A stretch of 64,000 nucleotides of DNA from Leptogorgia sarmentosa (Eukaryota), in NCBI GenBank assembly GCA_964658305.1, contig OZ210884.1:3968001-4032000 (forward strand), written 5' to 3'. The position numbers and the translations under genes were made by a program. The notes below the pieces were generated by a model. That model saw only the letters and a program-made list of their open reading frames with translations, made no database searches and was not told where the DNA came from. This document shows, in pieces, positions 1 through 11,900 of the stretch (the stretch's first letter is position 1; the number at the start of each line of letters is the position of its first letter).

Positions 1-743
1 CGAGGTTGCAGCACATATATAGCTCTCGTGTGCGGCGGGCTGCGGCTTTACTTTTTGCTCAGTTGATAGCTCTCGTGTACAACGTACAGGCTTTTAATTT
101 ATCACCATATCAACTTCAGCTAATCCTGATCAATGTAGATCTGTATATGTATGAAATTATGAATTATTATAAAGCTTCTACTCAGATGACGATTTGACAG
201 AAATTATCACATACATCTGACTGACGAAAATTCGTATTTTGTCGTTTCCAGCAATCAACAACCGAGCTTATGTGACTACAATGGACTTTATCGTTCAGTT
301 AATGAGGCTATTCATACGCTTTCGTTAAGTTGTGCATAAACTAATTACACAATAACATATTTATGTCATACGAATGTCCACAATGCATGATGTAAGTGAG
401 AATATTTGCTTACCTATGTCAATTCATATCAGATACATGTTATCAATTAGTCTTACCGTCTTTTATTCGCCAATCGATATCCTATTTCATTCGCCAATTT
501 CAACTTTCTTTATAATAATTATCATTTACGACACACTATATATGTTCTATCTAAATTCACAGATTTTTAATCACGGTCAATTCATGGACGCTCAACGCTC
601 AATATATTAGACATACCAACGAATCATATAATCACTGTAGAGTAGTCACTGCGAAGACAACCAAACATTTTGAGCATCAAATTCGGTCTCGTTCCAAAGT
701 AGATTATATAATTGAAGCCTTATTTCTAGTTATATTACAGTGT

Positions 744-1799
744 ACTTGCTGCCACTTTAGTTCACGACTGGATTAATGCGTGGAATTTAATATCAAAGAC
801 AATGCATATATAATTCGCCAAATTGGCTAGATACAAAGAATATCAATTATACCAATTCCTGATTTACATAGTCAAAAAACATTGGACACATGAACTTTGT
901 CAAGGAAAATTTGGTCGTGCCAAAGGGGCTTAACACAATACAACCTTCCCATATTTGTCTTTGATTTCTTGTGATAATAAATCGCAAGAAATAACGGACA
1001 CGGATGCGCCAAGTATATAAGGATGAGACAAGTATTATATTATAACATGAGTTACATTGGCGAATTAAACCGACAAATTCTTCCCGAAAGTCTGCCGCTT
1101 AAGTAAAAAGTGTTTGTTTTAATCTTTACAGGATCTATCGATGCATAAGGTTTACACATATTAAAAATATTCATGGCTTATACATTACACAACAGTAGGA
1201 ACGAACGATGAGATAGCTCTTTTCTGGCGACATTCCAAGCATAATTTGAGGCATATCTCAGCCATCTTGGAGCTGTTTCAATCGATATTAAGAAGATAAT
1301 GACTTGCTTAGTTGCTTTCACGGCGAAATCATGGTTTTGTTTTTCTTCTTGAACCATATAGTCGTTTTTTAATGTTAAAAATGGGTAAATTCTAGAAAGA
1401 TTCAGCTTTTCAATGGTGATGGACCTATGACAACATGGAGATGATCGTTTTAATTAATTAAACCGAGAAAGCCCAAAGATTTAATTTGAATACATTTTAA
1501 AACAAGCTGAGACAGGAGAGCAAGTACTTAGTCATCTTTCGGTGCAAAATAAAACCTTATTGCAATACATTGCGTGAACGCGGGCCGATATTTTGCTGTC
1601 ACTTGCTGTCACTTTAGTTCACGACTGGATTAATGCGTGGAATTTAATAAAAGACACGTGCATAGATAATTCGCCAAATTGGCTAGATACAAAGAATAGT
1701 AATTATATGAATTCCTGATTGACATAGTCAAATAACATTGGACACATGAACTTTGTCAAGGAAAATGTTGTCGTGTAAAAGGGTCTTCACACAATACAA
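744..1799. repeat. Dispersed direct repeat, ~200 bp, two copies (744-943 and 1601-1799), with a short degenerate third at ~2331-2370
   Basis: Both copies read ACTTGCTG.CACTTTAGTTCACGACTGGATTAATGCGTGGAATTT...TAATTCGCCAAATTGGCTAGATACAAAGAAT...CATTGGACACATGAACTTTGTCAAGGAAAAT...CACAATACAA. Confidence 0.85.
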
Positions 1800-2381
1800 A
1801 TCCCGTATTAATAAAAATAATTCAAGACATTTCAAGTACAAGTTATAAACTAGACCTAGATAGTAAAGACAACATCACATAGGTAGTAAAGACAAATGCT
1901 ATAAATTCTACTCGGGCGGAAAGACAGTAATGTGTATAGCGACCTAACGCTCTATGTCTTGTTTGATATTGTGGCAGTATGTCAACGAACAAATTATGAG
2001 AATAGTTACGTAACTTACGTTGCATAGCTATATGAATCCATATTATATAGCTATGTTATAGATTTGTATCGCGGTCCGATCTGCGCCAAAACGACGTTCG
2101 ATGCCATACTCAAATAACATACAATAATGTTCGCTCCGATTTCACATTTCAAACCAAGGTCAACACACCCTCAACCGATTACTTATAGTTATCGTCACTA
2201 TAGTATAATTATAGCGTGATGTCGAAAACACCCAAGCATTGAAATTCAACCTCGTTTCAGAGTATATATAACATAACTGAAAACTTATATTCCAGTTAAA
2301 GTATAACCTTACCAATATCTAACGTACATGCTGTCATTTCACTTCACGATTGGATTGCAGTGAGGAATTAATTCAATCATT

Positions 2382-2572
2382 CAGTGGAGCCCCGCTATAT
2401 GACCATGTTATGTTAATACGACCACCTCGCTCTTACGAAAACATTTTTTTCCCAACAAGAAAAAACGCTGATGTATTTCCTACTGAAAGTTCCCGTTAAT
2501 ACGACCAACTTGTTATAGCGACCGACTGAAATATTTTGGCCGAATAGTGGTCGTATTTACGGGGTTCCATTG
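2382..2572. mobile_element. Degenerate Tc1/mariner(pogo)-type MITE
   Basis: Imperfect TIRs CAGTGGAGCCCCGCTATATGACCA ... TGGTCGTATTTACGGGGTTCCATTG, followed by TA on the right. Internal repeats of the TAATACGACC motif. Confidence 0.6.
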
Positions 2573-2753
2573 TACTAACAAAGAAACTACATATCTATCA
2601 TTCGTAAATTGCATTGGACTGGAACGCTTGGTGAGGCGGGGAATTTGAAGCAAATTTTCTCGGGTAGTCACCAGGCCCCCAACCGTTCTGCATGGATGGA
2701 AGTAAATTTTGCTTAATTAAATAATACGGTGTTCACTGAAATGTCCACTGTTA

Positions 2754-3191
2754 GGGGCCGATTACATGGAGCATTTTCAACCCCGGGGTTGAACTCAGCC
2801 CTGTTGACAGGGCTGAAAATTTTAGCGATTACATGTATGATTTCAAACCCGGGGTTGAAAATGCTTGCACGTGTCACTGCATCTTTAATTCATAAATATT
2901 CGCTACTACGCATGCTCACATAATTTCAACCCAGGGCTGAAACGATTACATGGCAAAATTTCAACCCCGGGTGTAATTTCAACCCAGGGCTGAAATTTCA
3001 ACCCTGCTAGCTGAAGCAGGGTTGAAATTTCAAACCCGGGGTTGAATTCAGCCCTGGGTTGAAAACTTCGCCATGTAATCGCGCGCTTGATTTTAATAGA
3101 GTTTTGAGTTACAGGCAGGGCTGAAATTTCAACCCTGTCAACAGGGCTGAGTTCAACCCCGGGGTTGAAAATGCTCCATGTAATCGGCCCC
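2754..3191. mobile_element. PIF/Harbinger-type MITE with 59-bp perfect TIRs and TTA TSD
   Basis: Begins GGGGCCGATTACATGGAGCATTTTCAACCCCGGGGTTGAA..., with the exact reverse complement ending at 3191. TTA at 2751-2753 and 3192-3194. Interior is built from TTCAACCC(C)GGGGTTGAA / AGGGCTGAAA motifs. Confidence 0.9.
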
Positions 3192-4001
3192 TTAGTTCAT
3201 GGGTTTTTATTGCACACGCGCAACACGAGCGGGTAAAAATGAAGATTTCACGAACAATCAATTCTCCAAATCCTCAATTCCCTGCCGGTAGGGTTTATGT
3301 TAACGTGCAGTTCTACACAAATTGCTCAGTTCTAGATCAATTTGTGTAAATCTAAAACTTCTAAAAAGGATTTGTGCGTTGAACAGCACGTTACCCAGGA
3401 CCGGAACACTACTAAATGAATGGCTGGCTGATTGAAACTTTAATCAAGCTATGGAATACTACATTGATTTTACTTTGTACCATGTTAATACAATTTGCAT
3501 GAAAATTTGCCTTTGCAGGAAAAATTACAAATTGTACAATTGTGTTATTGTGTCTGCAATTTCAGCTTTTAATTAATATGCATGTATCTCTAGGACTGGA
3601 GCTATCTTGCTCAATTTAACAAAATTATTGACATGCCAACATTTCACATTTTCACTATCATTTTACTGCTTGTTATGCCATAAACATGCAAGTATACTAT
3701 CCTGGCCACATTCCCATCAACATAGAGTGATAGAAGGGTAAATCATTTGGAGATATCATACCAACTAAAATGCTAAAGTCAACATCACTCACATGAAATG
3801 TCCGCATTATGCCACTTGTGCAGTTCTAAAGTTTTCCTAAAATAAAGCCTACCTCTATTATAAATATCTACTTGGCTAAGAGGACTTGGCTAAGCTCACA
3901 TTTACTTGGCCGGTGTAAAGAGCCGATCGGAATCGGTTTTAGCCTACATTCTATAAGAAATTTTACCATAGCCGTGTAAAATTATAACGCACGAAGCTCT
4001 T

Positions 4002-7000
4002 TGTTTGCTACATTCCATGACTAATTTTTCCTGCTCAAACAACTCAATGATATAATTGGCCGCATTACGCTAACAGTCAATTGACCACCTCTTTTCCAGT
4101 CCAATATTGCAGAATAGTCACAAACGAAAATAGTCTTTTTATCCTGTGGGCTCGTTGATTATCATAACTACACACGCCCACGACATTGATTTCCGCACTT
4201 TATTGACAACAAATTTGAAGAACATACAATGCAATCGTTTACAAAGTAGTTAATATTACTGCTAACAGCTGACATTAATCCTTTAGTCATTTTTAGTGAC
4301 ACTATTAGCTATATTACAGAAAATAATTCATTTGCATAATTCAGTTAATTCTGTGCATGTTTCTTTGCAACCGCCATGCTATGCGAGAAAGATACCATTC
4401 AATACTAAGACCAATTTGATTCTATACAGTCTTGTTTGGACTATGTAATAATTCCTAAAATATCAAAATACTTTTCGATGTATGCTACGGCAGGAATTCA
4501 GCTATGGCTACGACATAGTTGTTTGCAAGGAATTTCGATTGCCATTGTATCACTGCGTGTATGTATTATATATAATATAAAGAATTTCAACTGGCATGGT
4601 TGTTTTTCTCTATATAACTTGATCATTCAGCAAGAACAATATAGCTCCTTTAGCTCAGCTGCACTTGCTGCAAATTGATATTTGGCCAACATTTTGACAA
4701 GCAGGCCAATATTCCATAGCTTTGCAAACAAAGTATTTTATTAAGTCCATGCAAGTATCCTTGTGATGATTTTCATCAAAAGTGAAAATTAAAGTCACAC
4801 GTGGAACTCACCAGTAAAAATAATTGTCACAATTATTTGATTTGTCCACATTGATTATTAGTTGCAATGTTTGCACCTAGTTTGCAAAATTTACCTTAAC
4901 AAGTAAGAAGCCGGTTTCATTTCCGATTTTCTACACACTTCATTATAGAGAGCTTAAACTTCGCGTCTCCCGTCAACAGCAAATTTAACGTCAGGGCCAA
5001 ATTCACAGAATGCACAATTTTTGTATAACGTTAACCAATTCGTTTCAAATTTTCTTTCTCATGTCAAAAGAATAACTAAACATTGAAATTTTTGAGAACA
5101 ACAAATCATTTACACTTTACTGCCTTACAGTGTAAAATTAGTCTTTACTGCCATGTGTTGTTTGTGTTTGAACGCGAAGCTTTTAAACTCTCTTATAACA
5201 TATATAGTTACCTTAAGAACGTTCAACAAACATGTAATTATTCATTTATTCGTTTTTTTGTTTTCAGAGTTATCTCTTAACCTGAGTTGCTCTAGTCGTT
5301 TTGATCATAGTAAAACGTTAATCATTTGTGTTAATGCATGTTAACCAAGCATTAGCACGGACTTATCATAAGTGTAGCTACAAAGAATGCGATGATCTGT
5401 ATTATATAATTCAGTTGAATGAGTTTCCATTTATGCTGTTAGTAACTTTTGCAATGTCATGTCTCATTTTTTGCATTTAGTATATAAGAAGCTCTAACAT
5501 TGGCTAGGAAACGTAATATTCATAATTATGTGGTGTATGATCGCAATATTTGTTTGTACAAGTTGAGGTTAACCTATCACCATGACGAGTAGGAGAACTT
5601 GTGTTAGACGGTCAAAACTCAAAGATTGACTCGAACTTGCGCCTTCGGTACTCGTCTTTGATCTCTTCTCTCTTTAATCTAATTAAACGTAAGCAAATCC
5701 AATCTTTAATCTAAGCTTTGACACAGTTGGGAATTTCGACTGTCACCAGTATTTTTAGAAGAAACTTAACATATAGCTACCGGATAATTTGCAGACGAAT
5801 ATATAGCTAACTTGTCGTTTTCGCTAAAGGGCTCAGGCAAATATAACATTTAATCATTTAACAAAACCCTTTTTTCATTATTTCCTCTTAAAATAACATG
5901 AGCAGAGTAGCTACTTTACATACAATACTAATTGCTATTTTTGGGTAAGACCAATATTGTAGCTAAAATCTTAATTTGCAAACAAAAGTACTTTATTTCT
6001 CCTGTATAATTAATAATTATAATGAATGAATATTATAGTCACAATCTCCTAGGTAGAATTAACATATTTTCAGTAAAACTAGCTAAGCCCCGAGTGTTGA
6101 TTATCTTTGATTACTGGTCACATATATAACTACGGTGTATATCGCGTAACATGACGAGAAATTTAATTACTTTGTTTGCATTTTTTAGTCTAATATTTTA
6201 TACTGAATACGCAATAACACTTGACAACAAAAGGGTTTGTTATTCTTCATACCATAAGGTCTTTATTCGCTGAAGAATGCGTGCATTATAACAAGGTTTT
6301 TCTCATTTGTGGACTTACAAGTCGCTTGATGTCACTTACTTATCCATAATACAAGAAAGTTATCCTTTAGTAATGGTAGTCACATCTCATTTATTCATAA
6401 TTTATGCAATGCATTGAACTTGCAAAATCTCAGAAGAAAGGAACAAGACCGATTTAATGTTGCTGTGTATTTATGAGAAACGCTGCCAATATCGCTGAAT
6501 ATTTGCATTTCGAAAAAGCGCTAAAGAGCTCATTCCATGACTAAAGAATTTAATGCATACAGTTCTGCTGTATTTACAAGTTTGTCTGTTAAGGTCACGT
6601 TATAATGGACCGATTGCCTAATAGACAAAATTTTTAAAAAGTTCAAAATAATACAATTCATAATTTTAATAAAATTAATAATCAATTCACAGCTTTAAAG
6701 AGCATCCAAAGTTAGTAAAATTGCAGAGTTTGGTTGCGAAATTTTGTAAAATGCGAAATATACCCCTGTGCAGTTTGCAAATTTTGCCTTTTCTCGACTG
6801 GGGTATCAATTTGCCGTGCGTACTACAAAATTATACAAAATTTGCAAACTTTATAGGGTGATATCTTGCACATTTTACAACATTTAATTCGCTCCCAAAC
6901 TTTGCATTTCTACTTATTTAGGGATGCTTTTTAGCGCTGTTGCTATGAATTGTACTATTTCGAGATTTTTAAAAATTTTGTCTATTAGGCAATCGGTCCA

Positions 7001-7259
7001 TTGTATGGACTAAAATTGGCATACTTTTCCAAAGACGTACAAGCCGTATATAATAATAACTTATGGATTGTCCTGTTTGCTACATTTCCTGCTTGAATTT
7101 TACAAACAACTCGAATTCAATGATTTAATTGGAAGCATTACGTTAATAGTCATTTGACCACTTTTTTATCAGTCCAATATTGCAGAATAGTCACAAATGA
7201 AAATATCTTTTTTTCTCTGTTCTCGTTGATTATCATAACTAGACACGCACACGACATAG
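4002..7259. repeat. Dispersed direct repeat, ~185 bp, two copies (4002-4189 and 7074-7259)
   Basis: Shared TGTTTGCTACATT...CAAACAACTC...CAGTCCAATATTGCAGAATAGTCACAAA.GAAAATA...CTCGTTGATTATCATAACTA.ACACGC.CACGACAT. Confidence 0.8.
6607..6999. mobile_element. Non-autonomous DNA element, ISL2EU/Harbinger-like (GG termini, AT TSD)
   Basis: Perfect 37-bp inverted repeat AATGGACCGATTGCCTAATAGACAAAATTTTTAAAAA at 6604-6640 and 6966-7002. Read as GGACC...GGTCC flanked by AT on both sides. Confidence 0.75.
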
Positions 7260-7348
7260 AGAATGCGATGTTTGCAGCGAAAAGAATATTTATGATTCTG
7301 TTATTCAATTCTATACTCTGTTAACAAGAAATTCGAAGAATGTAAAGA

Positions 7349-9042
7349 GATAGATAGATAGACAACTTTATTTCAGAACGGTGGTTTCCTCAATGTACAA
7401 GAATTGCTTTTCAGGAAAGCCGTTACTAAGAGAATGAACCGGAACTAAAACTAAAACAACTATTTACATGATAATCTCCAAATTTTACAAACTATGTACA
7501 AACATGAACTCTAATATTATTTACAATCTATTACAAAAACAAATCAAGTCATAAGGTTTCTGAAAATGTTCAAAGTTGGTGCAGATTTCACCGATGATGG
7601 CAAATTATTCCATAAAACTGGACCACTGTATGCAAGACTGCGTTTTAAATATTCAGTTCGTGGCAATGGAATTTTATGATTAACATCCGAATTTCTCAGG
7701 TTGTAACTGTGACTTTCATTAACAAAAGAAAACATTTCCTGTAAATGGTTAGGGGCAGCACCATTTACTATTTTAAACATCATATTAGCTTTTGTTTGGG
7801 TCATTTTAGATTCTAGGTTACTCCAATTTAACAAACTGAGAATAGAGATTGATCTTATTTCGTAACCCGATCTAGTAATGATACGTGCAGCTCTGTTTTG
7901 AAGTTTCTGGAGCTTGTTTTTTAACACAGTGCCACAATTTCCCCATATGAGACTACCATAATCAAAATGGGGGGATACGAGTGCATTGTATACTTCGATC
8001 AAGTTACGTAATGGAAGTAGGTACCTTAGTTGACGAAGCATCCTTAAACCCTTTAAAACTTTTGGAACAATTATTTCATTTATATGAGCATCCCAAAGAA
8101 GTTTGTCATCCACCATAACACCAAGTAGTTTAGATTTTTTGACTCTTTTATAGCTTCATTATTTAGCTCAATTTTGGGTTCATTTGTGAACTGATTGAGG
8201 CGATAATTTGAAGCTATTGCAATAAATTCTGTTTTTGTACAATTAGCAGATAATTTATTTGCACAAAGCTATGTATGCAGATTTTTAAGATCAAAATTTA
8301 AAATATTTTCAAGTTCATTTATAGTTTCAGCTGAGGCTGTAATTTGAGTATCATCCGCATACATACCAGGGGTGGTAGATGTCAAACAGTTTGGGAGGTC
8401 ATTAATGTAAAGTAGAAATAATAGTGGACCTAGGATGGATCCCTGAGGAACACCTGTGGTTATGGGTTTGAATTCTAATTGAATACCATTCACCATACAA
8501 CACTGCTGCCTATCATCTAAGTATGATTTGAACCAATCCAGAGGAGTGTTATTGATTCCGTACATACCCAGTTTTTTCAACAGGATTGTATGGTCAACAG
8601 TATCAAATGCTTTGCTTAAATCAACGAGAACTACTCCATTAATATAACCACAATCTATATTTTTATACCAGTTTTCAGTAGCTTGAAGGAGAGCAGTGAC
8701 AGTAGAATTGCCAGATCTAAACCCTGATTGAAATTGGCTCAGGATGTTATTTTCGTTTAAATAATAATAAACTTGATCATAGATCAGTTTTTTAAAAACC
8801 TTGGCTACTACTGGTAACACAGAGATAGGCCTGTAGTTATTGGGATCGTCCTTGGCATTGCCCTTGTGAACTGGAAAAACTTTAGCATTTTTCCATCTAT
8901 CAGGAAATACACTTGTTTCAATAGATTGATTAAATATGATGCTTAATGGACCACTAATAACTGGAGCAGCGTGTCGTAAAATGTCAGCTGAAATATTATC
9001 AAGACCTGAAGCTTTTCGAACAGACAGCCTAGACAGCATATT

Positions 9043-9043
<1 letters not shown>
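7349..9043 (-). mobile_element. 5'-truncated, inactivated non-LTR retrotransposon (CR1/L2/Crack group), RT domain plus C-terminus
   Basis: ORFs 8269-9183 and 7544-8116 carry [54 protein letters not shown] and LWNNLP. In-frame TAG at 8269-8271 and a 1-bp frameshift near 8147. Minus-strand AATAAA at 7367-7372 followed by a (CTAT)n tail. No endonuclease domain or ORF1 remains. Confidence 0.93.

Positions 9044-9094
<51 letters not shown>
9044..9094. repeat. (AG)n microsatellite, ~25 units
   Basis: Uninterrupted AG run directly abutting the truncated 5' end of the LINE. Confidence 0.97.
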
Positions 9095-9098
<4 letters not shown>

Positions 9099-9710
9099 TA
9101 GGTACTGAGTTCATCATTACGTTTAATAATGTCCAACATACAAGTACATTACAGCTTGAAAGTACATTCTTGAAGTTAATCAAAAACAGCTGATTTCAAG
9201 AGAAACCCGTCGGATCGAAAGAATACATAATACATATTATACGAATACACGAATACACACTTCCATCCCACCCATTAACGCTCTAGCTACGATCCTTTTT
9301 TGGGTGACTAGTGTGGGTAGTGGAAAACAGCGTCAACAAGCAGCAAATGTCTTCTTACTTGCTAAAGATGATTAATATTATTCGTCACGCAAATTTTTGA
9401 CAACGGGCGTTTTTTGAGCCTTCGTGGATCGAATCTTTCTGCATCGTTTAGGATGCTAGTAGAGATTTTGTTGCTTGTTGTTAATTTACTGTTGTTTAAT
9501 GTCCAAACCATATTTCAATGGATCTTATCGTTGGAAATTGTATGACTGAATTGCCATAAAATCTCAAGTGGTCAGTACTTGTGTCGCTGCATGATAGGAA
9601 AAAAACACTTTATAAATTAAAGCAGACCAATATCATGTCTTTGGAAGTCATGTCCTCAATCTAGCGATTTGTTAAAGATTCCTTGTTCTGGAATTGCCTT
9701 GAAACCAGCT

Positions 9711-9717
9711 TATATAA
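9711..9717 (+). promoter_or_regulatory. Putative TATA box of the fibrinogen-like gene
   Basis: TATATAA 88 bp upstream of the predicted ATG at 9799. Confidence 0.5.
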
Positions 9718-9798
9718 GAGAGCGAGCACAGAGCAATCATCCAAATGTGTTGCAAAATTTCCACAGGTGAAGATATTAGCAGAAATTTAACAACCATC

Positions 9799-11225
9799 AT
9801 GTTCATGCTCATATTGGCGTTCGTTGTCACAAGTAGTGCTAACCACTTGAGTGTAAGTCTATATACATTTCAACTGTTGTCCTTTCACAAAATCAAGGAA
9901 CTTCTAATCCATCGTTCCTTTCGTCTTCATTGCTTTGGTTTTGTATTTTTATATTTCTGTTTTGTGTAGCATTCAAAACATTATCATGACGAAAACTGCC
10001 TTGCAAATCAGTACGGGACGTACAGAGTCGCTCTTCAATTCTGCGATGGCCAGCATTGGCGTGTAATAAGGCCAGGAACATCAATGAACATTGCTCAAGG
10101 TATATCAATGATGTCGAAAATAAATAATGTTTGCTTCCCTTTTTTTCTCGAATCATTTCTCGATTGAAAGAAATAACGTTCCTTAATACGTGGGACAATT
10201 TGGTCAAACAACGCTTGTAGCTTTTGTTTCTTCTCAGCTCCCACTGGCCCTACAGAATCACACACACACTTTAGAAATTATAATTGCAACTTTCAGGTAC
10301 AAGTTGTCTTGACATCAAAAAAAAAGGTTTGAGCCGAGGAGACGGAAAGTATGTGATAGACCCAGACGGAGATGGAAATGGCAAAGCTTTCGAAGCTTAT
10401 TGTGATATGACGTCATTTGGAGGCGGATGGACAATGTGCTATACAACAGACAGTCACGTTAATATCAAAACCGAACTTCAGACCACTCCCGCCCTTGGTT
10501 ATCGAGCAGACTGTAATAACATACCGGTAAATATTTTTTTATTGTCATCATAATTATAAACGAAGCAAGCATAGGGATGTCAGTCGTTTTATGAAGTTAT
10601 ATCGATATATATAATGAATAAATAAATCTAGGAATATAGGTTAAAAGAAATTGATATATCAGAAAGTTAATTTATTTTGTTTACTTCAAGCTGAAAAATG
10701 TATAATTAATGTAACAAGTCTATTTACGTTTGGATTGAAAGGGACGGTGTTACTTGCACCAACAATATTTCAATGTGTTTTTCAAATATTTCAATATTTC
10801 AATACCATGTGGGGGTTTGAACAATTTCTGATAGAAATTTTCCTATTTTTCAGTTTACCTCAGTGATCTTTGTTGATGAGAAATCGAAACAAAAAGCAGC
10901 TTTTACCAAGGTTGGTCCAGCCGTTACTTTCACTGGCAATTATGACAGACAGGCAAATGCATATGGTCAGTGGACAGCTCAGGGCGTTGCTACAACACAA
11001 TACAAATATCAATTGCTGATATGTGACACATCATTCTACAAAGGCCTTCATGTCTCCGGGTTTATCAAAAATTGCTACAAACAATGTGGCAACTGGTGTG
11101 GTGACACAACGTCTGCATACTTCCGTACGGCTGCGGTCTCCAGCCAATCTTACAAAGGTGTTGCTTTCAATGTGAATGGCCACAAACCTCTAACAAATCG
11201 TCTCATCAGTGCAGGAATTCGTTGA
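9799..11225 (+). CDS. Secreted fibrinogen-like (YCDMxxxGGGW) domain protein, ~261 aa; exons 9799-9852, 9970-10099, 10297-10526, 10854-11225
   Basis: Hydrophobic signal-peptide-like start MFMLILAFVVTSSA. All introns are GT-AG with matching phases 0/1/0. Exon 3 encodes SCLDIK..GDGKYVIDPDG..FEAYCDMTSFGGGWT, the N-terminal subdomain shared by fibrinogen-related proteins and intelectins. AATAAA at 11324-11329. Confidence 0.85.
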
Positions 11226-11673
11226 GAACTGTAGCATAATGTTGCTGTGAATCTGCATTTATTTGCAGTTATTTCAATTATCAGTATGATAATGATTATT
11301 GCTGTAGGTTGTTACTAATACTTAATAAATTTTTTTGACAAAAAAAATGTAATTAACATTAATATGTTATGCATCTATCAATTCGAATTTTCACAATTCG
11401 CCCTCATATTTCCGAAATTGATTCTTTTGTATGCACAATTACACATATTCATTTCACACCGAAGATATGAAATTCGAGCGGAAGTGCTTTGTCACATAAA
11501 TAAAGTGCGAGGTGAAATACGAGATTTTTAGTTCATCTATGTATAATATATATCAACTTGCATGCAACACATTTCTGCTTTGTAACACTGTGGGCCCAGG
11601 AATAGCGCAAAATCACTGCCAAAGTAGGGAAATTAAGGCGAAATCAAAATTGCATCATTGCATAATTGCAAAT

Positions 11674-11900
11674 CGTGTGGCTCGAAGACAGTATATATAT
11701 ATCTGATGTGTGACACGTCGTTCTATATAAAGGTCTTTATTTCTGTGGATTTACTGTGGATTGCCTCAAAGAATGCGACAGTTGGTGTAGTGACACAACG
11801 TCTGCATACTTCGTACAGCTGCATGCAGTATCAAGACCTACCTATAATGGTGTTGCTGTTAATGAGAATGGCCATAAACCAAGATCAAATCGCTTGGTGC
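11674..11900 (+). pseudogene. Frameshifted partial copy of exon 4 of the fibrinogen-like gene
   Basis: Encodes MCDTSFY / CLKECDSWCSDTTSAYF / YNGVAVNENGHKPRSNRL in different frames, collinear with ~10983-11207. Confidence 0.85.

Noticed and set aside
2754..3191. CRISPR-like or REP-like repeated palindromes
   Set aside because: No regular repeat-spacer period and no cas genes; explained by a MITE with TIRs and TSD in eukaryotic DNA.
8269..8271. Programmed stop read-through in the RT ORF
   Set aside because: The TAG sits where Trp (TGG) is expected and a nearby frameshift also breaks the ORF, which indicates ordinary decay.
8936..9193. RE-repeat ORF and LS-repeat N-terminus of the RT ORF
   Set aside because: Both are translation artefacts of the (AG)n microsatellite.
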